Virus record (IMG/VR): IMGVR_UViG_3300049561_000021
Span: 1 to 62,400 of that record
Reading direction: 5' to 3' (one strand)
Origin: a virus
Lineage: Duplodnaviria > Caudoviricetes
Length of the DNA: 62,400 nt
Shown here: piece after piece, positions 47,349-56,857 of the stretch
Numbering within the stretch: the first letter of the stretch is position 1
How the letters are laid out: each line of letters opens with the position of its first letter
Position numbers and translations under genes: made by a program
The notes under the pieces: model-generated
The model's database searches: none
Seen by the model: the letters and a program-made list of their open reading frames with translations, nothing else
Told to the model about the DNA's origin: nothing

Positions 47349-48067
47349 AATAGTTTAATTTTTTTATGTATTTCATCTGTTGCTAATGCACAAGAATCCT
47401 GATTATTTTTATACCAACTACCTTTGTGAATTCTATGAATATAGTTTAAATTAGGGACTACTTTTATTCTATTCCCACTTGCTAACCATAAATAAGAAAA
47501 ATATGCAGCATCATTTACACCTAATTTTTCATTTATACAGCTTTGCTCGTATACTTCGACATATTTCTCTCTATTAACAAGAAAATTACCTGTATTTAAC
47601 ATTGTTTCAAATGATCCATTAGAAATATAATCTTTTGCATTCTGTTTAGTAACAAAAAAATTATTATATTCTGAATAATTCCACTCAATTTCTTTATTCA
47701 AACTAAACAAAGTTTCTGGACTATATAAAACATCTTCTTCTTCATTAAGTTTAGAAATAACTGAAATATAATCATTATCTATAATATTATCTGAATCTAA
47801 TAAAATCACCCAATCATTGTTGCATTTTTTAACTACTTCATATTTATTTACTAATGGTTTTAGATTAGATGAATTTCGATATACAATAATTTTATTGTTA
47901 ATACTATTTAAATTAAAAGTGGCATTCCACAATTTATTAAATTCATCTACACTTGAATAATCATCTAATATGATTATTTCACTGATCAAATTATTGTTTA
48001 ACACATTCTTAAATGATTCAATAGTTAAATCACTCCTGTTGTATGTAGGTATAGCTAATGAAATCAT
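47345..48067 (-). CDS. Glycosyltransferase, GT2 family
   Basis: ISLAIPTYNR, IILDDYS, LLDSDN, HRIH. Confidence 0.85.
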   Translation of the reverse strand: MISLAIPTYNRSDLTIESFKNVLNNNLISEIIILDDYSSVDEFNKLWNATFNLNSINNKIIVYRNSSNLKPLVNKYEVVKKCNNDWVILLDSDNIIDNDYISVISKLNEEEDVLYSPETLFSLNKEIEWNYSEYNNFFVTKQNAKDYISNGSFETMLNTGNFLVNREKYVEVYEQSCINEKLGVNDAAYFSYLWLASGNRIKVVPNLNYIHRIHKGSWYKNNQDSCALATDEIHKKIKLL

Positions 48068-48068
48068 A

Positions 48069-48692
48069 CTATTTTTGTTTTAAATATAAAGCATCTCCCC
48101 ATGTATGAGGACTAGAATCTGTTAAAGTTCTTTTGAATCCAAAATTTTTTAAAAAAGAATCGAGTTCTTCGACATGAACACAACCTTTGTAGACTTCTTC
48201 AAAATTTACTTCTGAATAAATAATATCAATAAAAGGTAATGTATTAACTGCTCCTTTAAATACTTCCAATTCATAGCCTTGTACATCAATATTGATCATA
48301 TTAAATTGCCTTTTGTTAAAAATAACATCATCCAATTTAACCATCCTTACTGACTCACGACTATCAAAAATAATATGTGGATATTGTTTTAAATGTGTAC
48401 AGGGTTCTAATAAAGAGCAACTCATACCTTTATTTGCAGTTTCCACATACATTTCCTTTACTCCTACCTCATTACCAAGTGCTAAATTATACGTTTTAGT
48501 TGTTTTATCATTTTTTGGTAAAGTATTTACTAATTCTAAATAATTAGAAAGTACAGGTTCAAAAAACATCATATTCTTAATCCCATGTCTTACATAATCT
48601 TTATACTCACCTCCATAATGTGCTCCAATATGAATAACTCCACGAATCTTCATATTATACTTTTTAACCATTTTATCAAGTGATATTATCAT
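48069..48692 (-). CDS. FkbM-family methyltransferase
   Basis: IHIGAHYG, FEP, NIDVQGYELEV, WGDALY. Confidence 0.9.
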   Translation of the reverse strand: MIISLDKMVKKYNMKIRGVIHIGAHYGGEYKDYVRHGIKNMMFFEPVLSNYLELVNTLPKNDKTTKTYNLALGNEVGVKEMYVETANKGMSCSLLEPCTHLKQYPHIIFDSRESVRMVKLDDVIFNKRQFNMINIDVQGYELEVFKGAVNTLPFIDIIYSEVNFEEVYKGCVHVEELDSFLKNFGFKRTLTDSSPHTWGDALYLKQK

Positions 48693-48695
48693 AAC

Positions 48696-49463
48696 TTAAA
48701 TTTGTATCCAATGTTTAGGTACAGGAATTCCGATCTCAAATGGGGTAGCACTTCCTCTTATATACCTCCAATTTCTTGGCATTATAATTGTTGAATCTTC
48801 ACTTAAATATGCTGTCCATAAACTAAATGTACTATTTGCAAGTATTTTAGTTTTGCACAATTTTATTAACTCAAAATCCAAGTAATCTTCTAAATGAATA
48901 AAAGTAAGATTCCGATCAAAATATTCTACCTTGAACTGATCCTTACACCAATCTATCTCATCAGAAAATATAAATAAATCTCCTTTAGTCCTTGTTATCG
49001 CTTCATAGTAATAATTAAATGGAAGGGCATAACAATTTTCTTTCGTTATATAATCTCCTCTCCGAACATGAATAGAAACAGAATCACAGTTTGTAATTTT
49101 TTCTTTTAACTCTAAAAACTCAGGAGTAAAATATTCTTCTTTAATTTTAAATTCATCTTTTAAAAATGGAATCGTATTTTTATAATATTTAGGGTATTGC
49201 CAATATCCTTGAAAGTAACAGTTATCAACCAATTTCATTTCGTGGAAACGTTTTTCAAAAATAACCTTCTGATAAGGAAATGCTTTTTTAAGTTTAATAT
49301 TAACACAAAACTTATCTAATCGATATGGCCGAGGTGGAAAAGATTCATTGTTATACCATGTATTATCAAAAACAACCTCAATTCCATATAAAGCTAATGA
49401 CTTTCCAAAAGCATATTGAAACAATTGATTTCCTAATCCCCCAACAAGTTTTACTACATTCAT
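48696..49463 (-). CDS. Alpha-1,2-fucosyltransferase (GT11)
   Basis: GGLGNQLFQYA, GYWQ, SIHVRRGDY, FSD, ANSTFS.W. Confidence 0.92.
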   Translation of the reverse strand: MNVVKLVGGLGNQLFQYAFGKSLALYGIEVVFDNTWYNNESFPPRPYRLDKFCVNIKLKKAFPYQKVIFEKRFHEMKLVDNCYFQGYWQYPKYYKNTIPFLKDEFKIKEEYFTPEFLELKEKITNCDSVSIHVRRGDYITKENCYALPFNYYYEAITRTKGDLFIFSDEIDWCKDQFKVEYFDRNLTFIHLEDYLDFELIKLCKTKILANSTFSLWTAYLSEDSTIIMPRNWRYIRGSATPFEIGIPVPKHWIQI

Positions 49464-50323
49464 ATCAATTCTTTTATTTCAGGAATTGTAAATCTCTCTA
49501 CTTCATTACTATACTTCCCATGTTCCGTAACTCTTTCATGCAAATTTTCTCCTTCCTGTAGTCCAATTTCTTTAACTAGAATTCTTACACCTTCAGGAGC
49601 ATACTTTAAAATCATGCTATCTAATAAATCTCCAATAGACATTGATTTCATTTCAGGAACAAATGGGTTGGCATCTTTCCCATTTTCTAAACAATTAAAT
49701 ATTAAATCAACCGCTTGATCTACTGTCCAAAAAAATCGTGTTGCCTCGCGATCAGTTACAATTATTTCTTTTCCCTTCCGTATTAACTCTTTCCATTTAC
49801 ATAATACCGATCCAGTAGAATACAAAACATTTCCATATCTAACTATTCTATATTCAATATTTGGATAAACATGTTCATATTGTTGAAATAATTTCTCCAT
49901 TAAATATTTAGAAGCCCCATACACTCCTGTCATTTGTGCCGCTTTATCTGAACTTATCCCAATAATAAACTTCAAATTTTTTTCCGATCCAATTCGTAAA
50001 ACATTTAAACTACCTACAACATTAGAATTTATGCACTCAATTGAAAATGATTCTGCTAATGTAACATGTTTAAAAGCCGCCATATGGAAAACTCCTTCAA
50101 ATTTACCTTCCATAAATTGCCTAACTGTAAATTCATCTGAAATATCCCCAAAATAAATTTCAAGTTTATCTTTAAACTGCTCTTTTAACATTATTAACTT
50201 ACCTTCATTCCTTGCAATTGTTCTAACATATCCTCCTTTACTAATAATCCTCCCAATTAGTTTAACTCCCAAAAATCCAGAACCTCCTGTAACTAAATAA
50301 TATTTTCCTTTTACAATATTCAT
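49460..50323 (-). CDS. NDP-sugar 4,6-dehydratase (PseB/CapD, Polysacc_synt_2 family)
   Basis: VTGGSGFLG, FHMAAFKHV, SSDKA, YGASK, VRYGNV..STGSV, TRFF, GENLHE. Confidence 0.9.
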   Translation of the reverse strand: MNIVKGKYYLVTGGSGFLGVKLIGRIISKGGYVRTIARNEGKLIMLKEQFKDKLEIYFGDISDEFTVRQFMEGKFEGVFHMAAFKHVTLAESFSIECINSNVVGSLNVLRIGSEKNLKFIIGISSDKAAQMTGVYGASKYLMEKLFQQYEHVYPNIEYRIVRYGNVLYSTGSVLCKWKELIRKGKEIIVTDREATRFFWTVDQAVDLIFNCLENGKDANPFVPEMKSMSIGDLLDSMILKYAPEGVRILVKEIGLQEGENLHERVTEHGKYSNEVERFTIPEIKELI

Positions 50324-51048
50324 ACTAATTCCTCCTCCATTGCAACTTTAATTTTTGGCATTAGATCAGTTATATTTATCTTTCTAAAGCATTCAATTGC
50401 ACTATCAGGAGAAGCATTGAGTATTTCAATTCCCATCCTTTTTGCATCTCTAGCAATCTCAGGAAAACCTTGCAAATGTCGATCAAATGGCATTTTCTTT
50501 ATACTTTTATCATTTCTATTAGCATAGCGCCCATATAAATCATGCCAATGTTGATGCTCTTTCTCATCTAATTTCATATCAAAACCAAGTAAAATAATTC
50601 TTTTTGCTCCTGCATGAGCAGCTATACTTATTGCTGCCGAACCACTATTACTATTCCAACTTACTGATCTTGAATTTGAACTTATTCCACGCGGCTTACT
50701 GTCACGAGATAAATATTTAATCCAATTATATGATTCTGTTACAGGATGACAAGATATCTTTAAACCTGGAAAGAAAGCTAATTTCTTTACGTGCCTTGTA
50801 AAGAAACTGCTATCCCCAAAAAATATCATATCAATCCAATCTCCTAATAAATATGCTACATTAATTCCTATAACATGTTTATCATGGAGAAATGACATAT
50901 AAGGAGAATACACACTTGGAGGGGAAATACCTTTTATAACATCTTGAACTATTTTATTAGGGATATTGAATTGTGTAGGAATTGAAGGCCCTCCTCCAAT
51001 TATATAAACATCCCCTCCTTCCCATATATGTGGAACTTTCCAGATCAT
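50320..51048 (-). CDS. Maf/sialyltransferase-like (MAF_flag10-type) protein
   Basis: IIGGGPS, IGIN, NSG.AAI.IA...GAKRIILLGFDM, ILNASPDSAI..F. Confidence 0.65.
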   Translation of the reverse strand: MIWKVPHIWEGGDVYIIGGGPSIPTQFNIPNKIVQDVIKGISPPSVYSPYMSFLHDKHVIGINVAYLLGDWIDMIFFGDSSFFTRHVKKLAFFPGLKISCHPVTESYNWIKYLSRDSKPRGISSNSRSVSWNSNSGSAAISIAAHAGAKRIILLGFDMKLDEKEHQHWHDLYGRYANRNDKSIKKMPFDRHLQGFPEIARDAKRMGIEILNASPDSAIECFRKINITDLMPKIKVAMEEELV

Positions 51049-51524
51049 TTCTGCAAATCATTTATAAGAGACTCAGCAATTTCTTTTGGTAATGGTTTTT
51101 CATTTATTTTCTTACCATTCTGATCAACTATGTCAAACAAAGAATTCTCTTCCTCTATATTTAAAGCTCTAAGAGCATAAACAGATTTAATTCCAGGGGT
51201 AGGAGCAATTTGTTCAGGCGCTGGGATAGTTTCTAAGGAAACAATCACATCTCTAAACATTAAAGAAATTTCAGACGGTCTTGCTGTAAATTCTTGGTTA
51301 GGTTTTACCATTTTATTCTTCCCATTAATCATAAGATGAGAAGACCCTCCTCCTATTTTTTTCCAGCGTATTGGAGCATCTGGGTCAGCTATAACTTTAG
51401 TTTCTTCAACATTTACTACAACATTTTTAATAATTTCTTTACTTGTTTCAATGTTTATTTTTTCTTTTTCAACACTTACTTCAATCTTTTCAGCATTTGC
51501 TTTTTTTGCACGAGATATACTCAT
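51045..51524 (-). CDS. hypothetical protein following the capsid gene
   Basis: 159 aa; FDIVD..GK.INEKPL. Confidence 0.7.
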   Translation of the reverse strand: MSISRAKKANAEKIEVSVEKEKINIETSKEIIKNVVVNVEETKVIADPDAPIRWKKIGGGSSHLMINGKNKMVKPNQEFTARPSEISLMFRDVIVSLETIPAPEQIAPTPGIKSVYALRALNIEEENSLFDIVDQNGKKINEKPLPKEIAESLINDLQK

Positions 51525-51550
51525 AATTTATAATTTAAAGTTTAAAAATA

Positions 51551-51567
51551 ATCACTTGATTAGTGAC
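51551..51567 (-). promoter_or_regulatory. Stem-loop GTCACT-AATCA-AGTGAT after the major capsid gene
   Basis: Same CTAATCAAG core as 40377-40393. Confidence 0.55.
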
Positions 51568-51575
51568 TGTTAAAA

Positions 51576-52697
51576 TTATGCCAGGTGAACGATACCTGAT
51601 TTTCCATTCTGATCAGAACGAATTTGTGGAACTTGAATGGTCATCACTTTATATTTAGTGATAAATTTACCTTCTTCACTCCACTCAACATTTTGAATAC
51701 CCATACCATTAACAATACGAACAGTATCAGATGTCATTTGAACTAAAAGAACATTATCAGCAGTCAATCTGTCGATAACTTTAATTCCTTTAATTCCAGA
51801 AATCTTCATAATACGTTCACGAATAGTAATCCCACTCTCTTTATTGTAATCTTTATCAATAGTTGTCTCATATGCTGTAGGAACATAAAGCATCCAAGGA
51901 CCATAATGATAAGCATCAATACTTTTCTGCTTCATTTTAGCAACATCCTCAAGAATTTTATCTGGACCTGCTGCATCATTAGAGTCAAAATCTCCATCAT
52001 TCCAATGTACACCCATTGATACAGTATTACGATCGGGAAAATTGATGTATGAATAAATTTTATTCCGACTACGATCATCTGTAGTTCCAAAAGCATATGT
52101 TGTATTAGTAAACAACATATCTTCTAATTTCTCATTAATTCTACGAGCGGCACGTTCAGCTAAAGTAGTATCTAATGGATTTCCAAGACTCCGACTAGAT
52201 GCTAACATACGAGAATTAATTTCATAGTCAACATGAATTATCGGAATGGGTAAATAATTAGTTTGAAAATTTAAACCATCATTATTTCCACGAGTTACTC
52301 CATCCATTGTTACTATAGCATCAAGAGCCTCACTTACATCATGCCATTCAAGCACAGTTGTGCCCATTGCATTTCCAAGATTGTAAGTAAGTCCGTTAGC
52401 TCGCAAATCATCAAAACCTCCAAGACGTTGTCTAGAAACTTCTATGATTGCTTCATCTAATGTCTTCCATTCATCACGGCGAAGAGTGGCATTCGTTTGA
52501 ATTTGTAACATTTGATAACTGGTTGGTAATTTGGGATTACCTCCTTTATAAACATTAATATAAGCTCTGCCATCTCTTCCAATCCATGGTCGCATACGAC
52601 CTACGTCCATACGTCCATTTGCTTGAAGCTGGTTAGCTACTTGTCCTTGACTTTGACCATTTCCAATTAAGTCAACATTTACATTTAAATCCGGCAT
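51576..52697 (-). CDS. Major capsid protein (HK97 fold, Linocin_M18-like)
   Basis: NATLRRDEW..LD, LPIPIIHVD, YGPWMLY, VPQIRSD..GKSGIVH; AGGAGG RBS; position after protease and decoration genes. Confidence 0.88.
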   Translation of the reverse strand: MPDLNVNVDLIGNGQSQGQVANQLQANGRMDVGRMRPWIGRDGRAYINVYKGGNPKLPTSYQMLQIQTNATLRRDEWKTLDEAIIEVSRQRLGGFDDLRANGLTYNLGNAMGTTVLEWHDVSEALDAIVTMDGVTRGNNDGLNFQTNYLPIPIIHVDYEINSRMLASSRSLGNPLDTTLAERAARRINEKLEDMLFTNTTYAFGTTDDRSRNKIYSYINFPDRNTVSMGVHWNDGDFDSNDAAGPDKILEDVAKMKQKSIDAYHYGPWMLYVPTAYETTIDKDYNKESGITIRERIMKISGIKGIKVIDRLTADNVLLVQMTSDTVRIVNGMGIQNVEWSEEGKFITKYKVMTIQVPQIRSDQNGKSGIVHLA

Positions 52698-52724
52698 ATT
52701 CTTTTCCTCCTTTCTGTTTTTAAA

Positions 52725-53237
52725 TTAAACAATACGAATTTTCAAACGTGGATAATATTGCCCTGCTGCACTTGAATCAGATCCAGAACCTGACAAGTCA
52801 CGTGCTTCAAGAGCAATACCAACAACTCTTTGACTATAGATAGATTCAGCATGCTGCGAATCAGCAGATTCCCAACTTTCGTAGGTTTTTACATCTTTCT
52901 GTAATAAACCATCACCGTTCGAAACCAACCAATCCCCTATAACAACATTCTGTGCATCTGCCAAAATAGCATAAACTTCATCTCCACGAGTTGGAATCCA
53001 GCATTGTACTTGATCTCCTGCTGCATAAGCATCAGCGATCCCTTTACCTTGCATTCCATCTTCAATAGCAAACATTATATAAGCATCTTTTCCAGCACTT
53101 GCATGTTTACGAACTTTATCTGTTGACATAAGCTCAATTAACATGCCTGGAGTGATTGCTGCATTTGCTTCTTTCTCAATAAAGACATTTACATAATTTT
53201 TCAGCTTTATTGTATTATATTCTTTTCCAGTAGCCAT
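52725..53237 (-). CDS. Head decoration (cement) protein
   Basis: AAITPGML, YAAGD, GD.LVSNGDG.L, GIALEA. Confidence 0.8.
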   Translation of the reverse strand: MATGKEYNTIKLKNYVNVFIEKEANAAITPGMLIELMSTDKVRKHASAGKDAYIMFAIEDGMQGKGIADAYAAGDQVQCWIPTRGDEVYAILADAQNVVIGDWLVSNGDGLLQKDVKTYESWESADSQHAESIYSQRVVGIALEARDLSGSGSDSSAAGQYYPRLKIRIV

Positions 53238-53252
53238 TTTTTACCTCCTTTC

Positions 53253-54977
53253 TTACTTTTTAATTTCCATTTCAATACCTGCTGGGTAAAGTGGTTCTTC
53301 ACCAATAGCATTAGTATCAACAACTCGATTACCATTTAAAGAATAGTCTACTTTGACTTCTTCTTTCTTTACTGAATTATATATCTTTTGCAAGATAGTT
53401 TCATTCATTACATTTAATTCCGCATCAGACCAAGTGTCTTTTTCAACATTTGCCTGAATCCCTTTAATTAAATTCTCACGGTTTGCTTTCCTCTGAGCTT
53501 TTGCCCAAGCAAGATCAGCCTTATCCTCATCAGAAAGAGCCTGAACTTCTGGCTTAGCATTAGCATTTACTTCAGGTTGTTTTGCTACTTTTTTGGATAA
53601 CAAGATATCCAAAGTAGCTTCATCCTGAGTCAATAGCCAAACACGGTTTTCTTCTGTCATGCCAGCAGCATTGCTCTGTATGATAGCAACTACTTTTTCC
53701 ATGCAGTGTCCGCAAGGCACATTTTCATTACTCATTGTTTCTACCTCCATTGGTTTAAAATTATTTCTAACTATTTTTCTTCTTCCAACATCAATGTATT
53801 GTCTTTTAACTTCAACAGGAGATCCAGTTAATTCAATTTCTCCTTTTTCATTGGTTTGATACCCTTGCTTATACATTTTAGCAAAATCACCTATCATCTT
53901 TTCATAAACAACCATATTGTCATCTATGAATTCAATAACAGACAAATCTTCATAAGATTGTGCGTCTAACTTATTTTCAGATAAGTTAGTTACATCAATT
54001 CCAAAATGTTTTGCTTTTGCAAGTATTTTTCGTTTTGCTGAAGCTTTTTCCTCCGCACTTGCTCCTTGCACTTGGTTAAATCTTTCCAGAGCATTTCGAA
54101 CATATACAGCATCAAATATTGGCAATTTACTTTCACTAGGTGGGTCACGTGGAATGGCATAAAATTCAGCAACTGATATTCCTAGTTTCTGTCGCTTCGT
54201 CTCCATTCCAGTTACCTCAGCATTTTCATTCATTAATTTACCTCCTTTCTTTTTATTTAATCGAATCCCACAACCATCCTCAATAGAACAAGCACCTGTA
54301 CCGCCGGGCAAGAGAGCCAAGTGATCTGGTCTATGATTTTTGGCTATTTTATTATACTGTTCTCCATTCCATTCACCTGAAACACTTTCATTATCAGTAA
54401 ATACCCCAACACTTACTTCAAGCATTTTACCTTCTTGTAAATTATTAAAAACTTCAGGGGAAACTTGAATTAATTTATTTTTATCTAACCATGCTTCTGC
54501 TTTTAGTCTTGATCCATCCACATTTGTTTCAAATACTTGACCGACGCCTACTGAATCGATTACTCTTGGCGAATTAGCAGAAACATTCATCCCTTCAACT
54601 TGAGGATGATCAATAACTATAGGAATCCCATCCCATGAGCTTGGAAATTTACCTAATTCAGAAATAGTATGCAATAACGCCCCATGACTACCATTATGAA
54701 CACCTTCCACCATCATTGTCACAGGAACTACAATATATTCTTTACTTTGATATGTCTCTTCACGAATCTGATAAGTATCATTTCTAAAATTAATATTGAC
54801 TTGTGAATTATCTACAACACCATTTGCTTGTCGTATTGCAGAAAGAGCACAAGTAGCATCCGTTCCCCCATCTTTTTTACATTTAGATAGTACAGAATTT
54901 GCAATAGCAACCCATTGTGCTTTTTGCTTATCCGTTAATCCTTTATTGTGCTTTTCCACATTACTGATATCCCACAT
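53253..54977 (-). CDS. Prohead protease (DUF2213-like) with scaffold region
   Basis: EGVHNG, HP, EVSVG, PDHLALLP...GACS..DGCG; C-terminal helical scaffold; internal RBS+ATG at 54233 and 53735. Confidence 0.85.
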   Translation of the reverse strand: MWDISNVEKHNKGLTDKQKAQWVAIANSVLSKCKKDGGTDATCALSAIRQANGVVDNSQVNINFRNDTYQIREETYQSKEYIVVPVTMMVEGVHNGSHGALLHTISELGKFPSSWDGIPIVIDHPQVEGMNVSANSPRVIDSVGVGQVFETNVDGSRLKAEAWLDKNKLIQVSPEVFNNLQEGKMLEVSVGVFTDNESVSGEWNGEQYNKIAKNHRPDHLALLPGGTGACSIEDGCGIRLNKKKGGKLMNENAEVTGMETKRQKLGISVAEFYAIPRDPPSESKLPIFDAVYVRNALERFNQVQGASAEEKASAKRKILAKAKHFGIDVTNLSENKLDAQSYEDLSVIEFIDDNMVVYEKMIGDFAKMYKQGYQTNEKGEIELTGSPVEVKRQYIDVGRRKIVRNNFKPMEVETMSNENVPCGHCMEKVVAIIQSNAAGMTEENRVWLLTQDEATLDILLSKKVAKQPEVNANAKPEVQALSDEDKADLAWAKAQRKANRENLIKGIQANVEKDTWSDAELNVMNETILQKIYNSVKKEEVKVDYSLNGNRVVDTNAIGEEPLYPAGIEMEIKK

Positions 54978-54989
54978 TTTTATGCCTCC

Positions 54990-55355
54990 TTACTTTTGAT
55001 GATTTCCAATTAATAAAGCATATATATTATCTACTGTAGCATGTTCTTCTTCTTGATTCTTAACCATAAAGTCTAATGTTTGATGCATTATATCAATTTG
55101 ACATTGTACTTTCTCAATATCTTTGCTATCAGCTTTTTTACTAAACTTTTCATCAATACTTAACATTTCTTGTCTTTTAATTTGAGAAGTAAATTTTGTA
55201 TAAAAAACTACAACTGATAATAATGCACCGTATCCTAATACTAAAATTCGTTCCTTGTCTGCCCATCCTAATTTAAATATAATCGAAGTTAAAATTACAC
55301 CTATTGCACATCCAGCAAACCAAGTAAGAATACTCTGAAAAAAAGACCTTGCCAT
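54990..55355 (-). CDS. membrane protein (2 TM plus coiled coil)
   Basis: Hydrophobic N-terminal half, heptad C-terminal half. Confidence 0.65.
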   Translation of the reverse strand: MARSFFQSILTWFAGCAIGVILTSIIFKLGWADKERILVLGYGALLSVVVFYTKFTSQIKRQEMLSIDEKFSKKADSKDIEKVQCQIDIMHQTLDFMVKNQEEEHATVDNIYALLIGNHQK

Positions 55356-55372
55356 ATTTCAAATTTATAAAA

Positions 55373-55741
55373 CTATTTACACCATTTAACTATAAAAGAA
55401 ATAATCAACATAACTACAAGTGATAAAGAAAAAACAATACCAAACATCGTAGACGAACAATACTTAGAAAATTCAATATCATTTTTATTTACCCACAAAA
55501 TATTATAAACAATTAATTCAAAGAAAAAGATAATTATAGTCCAATTAACACATACTTTGAATAGATTATTTAATGGAAAAAGTGTTAAGAATAAAACCAT
55601 CGGCATACTATATAGGAGAACATAAAAATATGTTCTCCAAAAGTTTTTAAATACAATTGGTCGATCTGACCAAATCATATACATGGCAAATAGTATTATA
55701 AAAATAATACCTTCTAACAAAAATTTATCAGTTAATTTCAT
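55373..55741 (-). CDS. multi-pass membrane protein (about 4 TM)
   Basis: Hydrophobic segments; start taken at ATG 55741. Confidence 0.65.
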   Translation of the reverse strand: MKLTDKFLLEGIIFIILFAMYMIWSDRPIVFKNFWRTYFYVLLYSMPMVLFLTLFPLNNLFKVCVNWTIIIFFFELIVYNILWVNKNDIEFSKYCSSTMFGIVFSLSLVVMLIISFIVKWCK

Positions 55742-55823
55742 AATATGGGAATTTAGGTGGTTTATCATCTTGTACAGGAAAACTCATAAGTAATTTAGGT
55801 GTATCTACTGGTGTCGGTTTCAT
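55728..55823 (-). CDS. 31-aa Pro-rich peptide (absent from the ORF track)
   Basis: MKPTPVDTPKLLMSFPVQDDKPPKFPYYEIN*; fills the gap between two genes. Confidence 0.4.
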   Translation of the reverse strand: MKPTPVDTPKLLMSFPVQDDKPPKFPYYEIN

Positions 55824-55824
55824 T

Positions 55825-56436
55825 TTATAAAGGTATTTTAGTTCCAATTGTTACAATAGGTGTAAATTTATTAGGAGTATCATTTAGTCCTATTCCTTGA
55901 GATATTCCATAACCTGCACTTAGATACCCTCCAAAAATTGATATTACTCCAACGGCTTGAATATTAAAGTAATTAGGATCGTTAGAATTATTAGTCGTTC
56001 CGTCTTTTTTTAATGCTGAATTATCTCTTGTTAATCCTGTTTTTAAGAAAACATCAATTCCTATAACATAAGGTTTTTTAGTATCAGGTGCCCATTTAAA
56101 ACCATAACCAATCCCTGCTATTAATCCTAATGTATAATTTCCTGTTTTGGTTTCAATTTGAAATACATCCATCCCGCTTGAAGGACCTAAATATAACGTA
56201 CTATCTTTTGATACGTACTCATTAATTATAGAAATTATCTCATGTTTTGACAAATCTTTTACAGAGTCAATTTTAACAAATGGATATATCCTTAATAGAT
56301 GTTTATCTTGTGCTTGTGCTTGAATTTTAAAATTACATAGTAACAATAATATTAAAAGAATTTTTATACTAAACCTTATAATAAAAGGTGGCCAATGAGG
56401 ATCTATTGGTGTTGGTTCAGAATGTTTGATTTTCAT
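55825..56436 (-). CDS. Secreted beta-rich protein (outer-membrane-like)
   Basis: Signal-like ILLILLLLC..AQA; alternating beta strands (AGIGYGF, SAGYG). Confidence 0.6.
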   Translation of the reverse strand: MKIKHSEPTPIDPHWPPFIIRFSIKILLILLLLCNFKIQAQAQDKHLLRIYPFVKIDSVKDLSKHEIISIINEYVSKDSTLYLGPSSGMDVFQIETKTGNYTLGLIAGIGYGFKWAPDTKKPYVIGIDVFLKTGLTRDNSALKKDGTTNNSNDPNYFNIQAVGVISIFGGYLSAGYGISQGIGLNDTPNKFTPIVTIGTKIPL

Positions 56437-56461
56437 AATTTTTAAGTTTTAAAAGTTAATA

Positions 56462-56857
56462 CTAAATAATATTTACCATATGTATTATATCAATAATTCC
56501 ACAACAAAGAATAAACAATCTAAAAGGCCACATATTAATCATTGGGAATTTACTAACCAACTTATCAGTAATTGAAGTAGTGCCTAAATAATCAAATTTT
56601 TGTCTAAAAGGAATTTCAGTAGTATATCCTGTACTTACTTCTACATTAAATGCAATAATCGCATCCAATTGAGCTGTAGTTATAGTTAATTGTTTTATCA
56701 TATCATCTGTTATTATTTGATCACTTCCAATAATTCTAAATCCATCAATATCGATTAATTGATATACATTTTCCAAAAGAATTATACTTAATGAATCTGC
56801 CAAAGATGTAATTGTAAATCTTTTTCTATTAATTTGAGTAATATTAAAATTGCTCAT
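56462..56857 (-). CDS. hypothetical protein
   Basis: 131 aa, ATGA-coupled. Confidence 0.55.
   Translation of the reverse strand: MSNFNITQINRKRFTITSLADSLSIILLENVYQLIDIDGFRIIGSDQIITDDMIKQLTITTAQLDAIIAFNVEVSTGYTTEIPFRQKFDYLGTTSITDKLVSKFPMINMWPFRLFILCCGIIDIIHMVNII

Noticed and set aside
51576-52697. Encapsulin or bacteriocin call for the Linocin-like protein
   Set aside because: The portal, protease, decoration and neck context identifies it as the phage major capsid protein.
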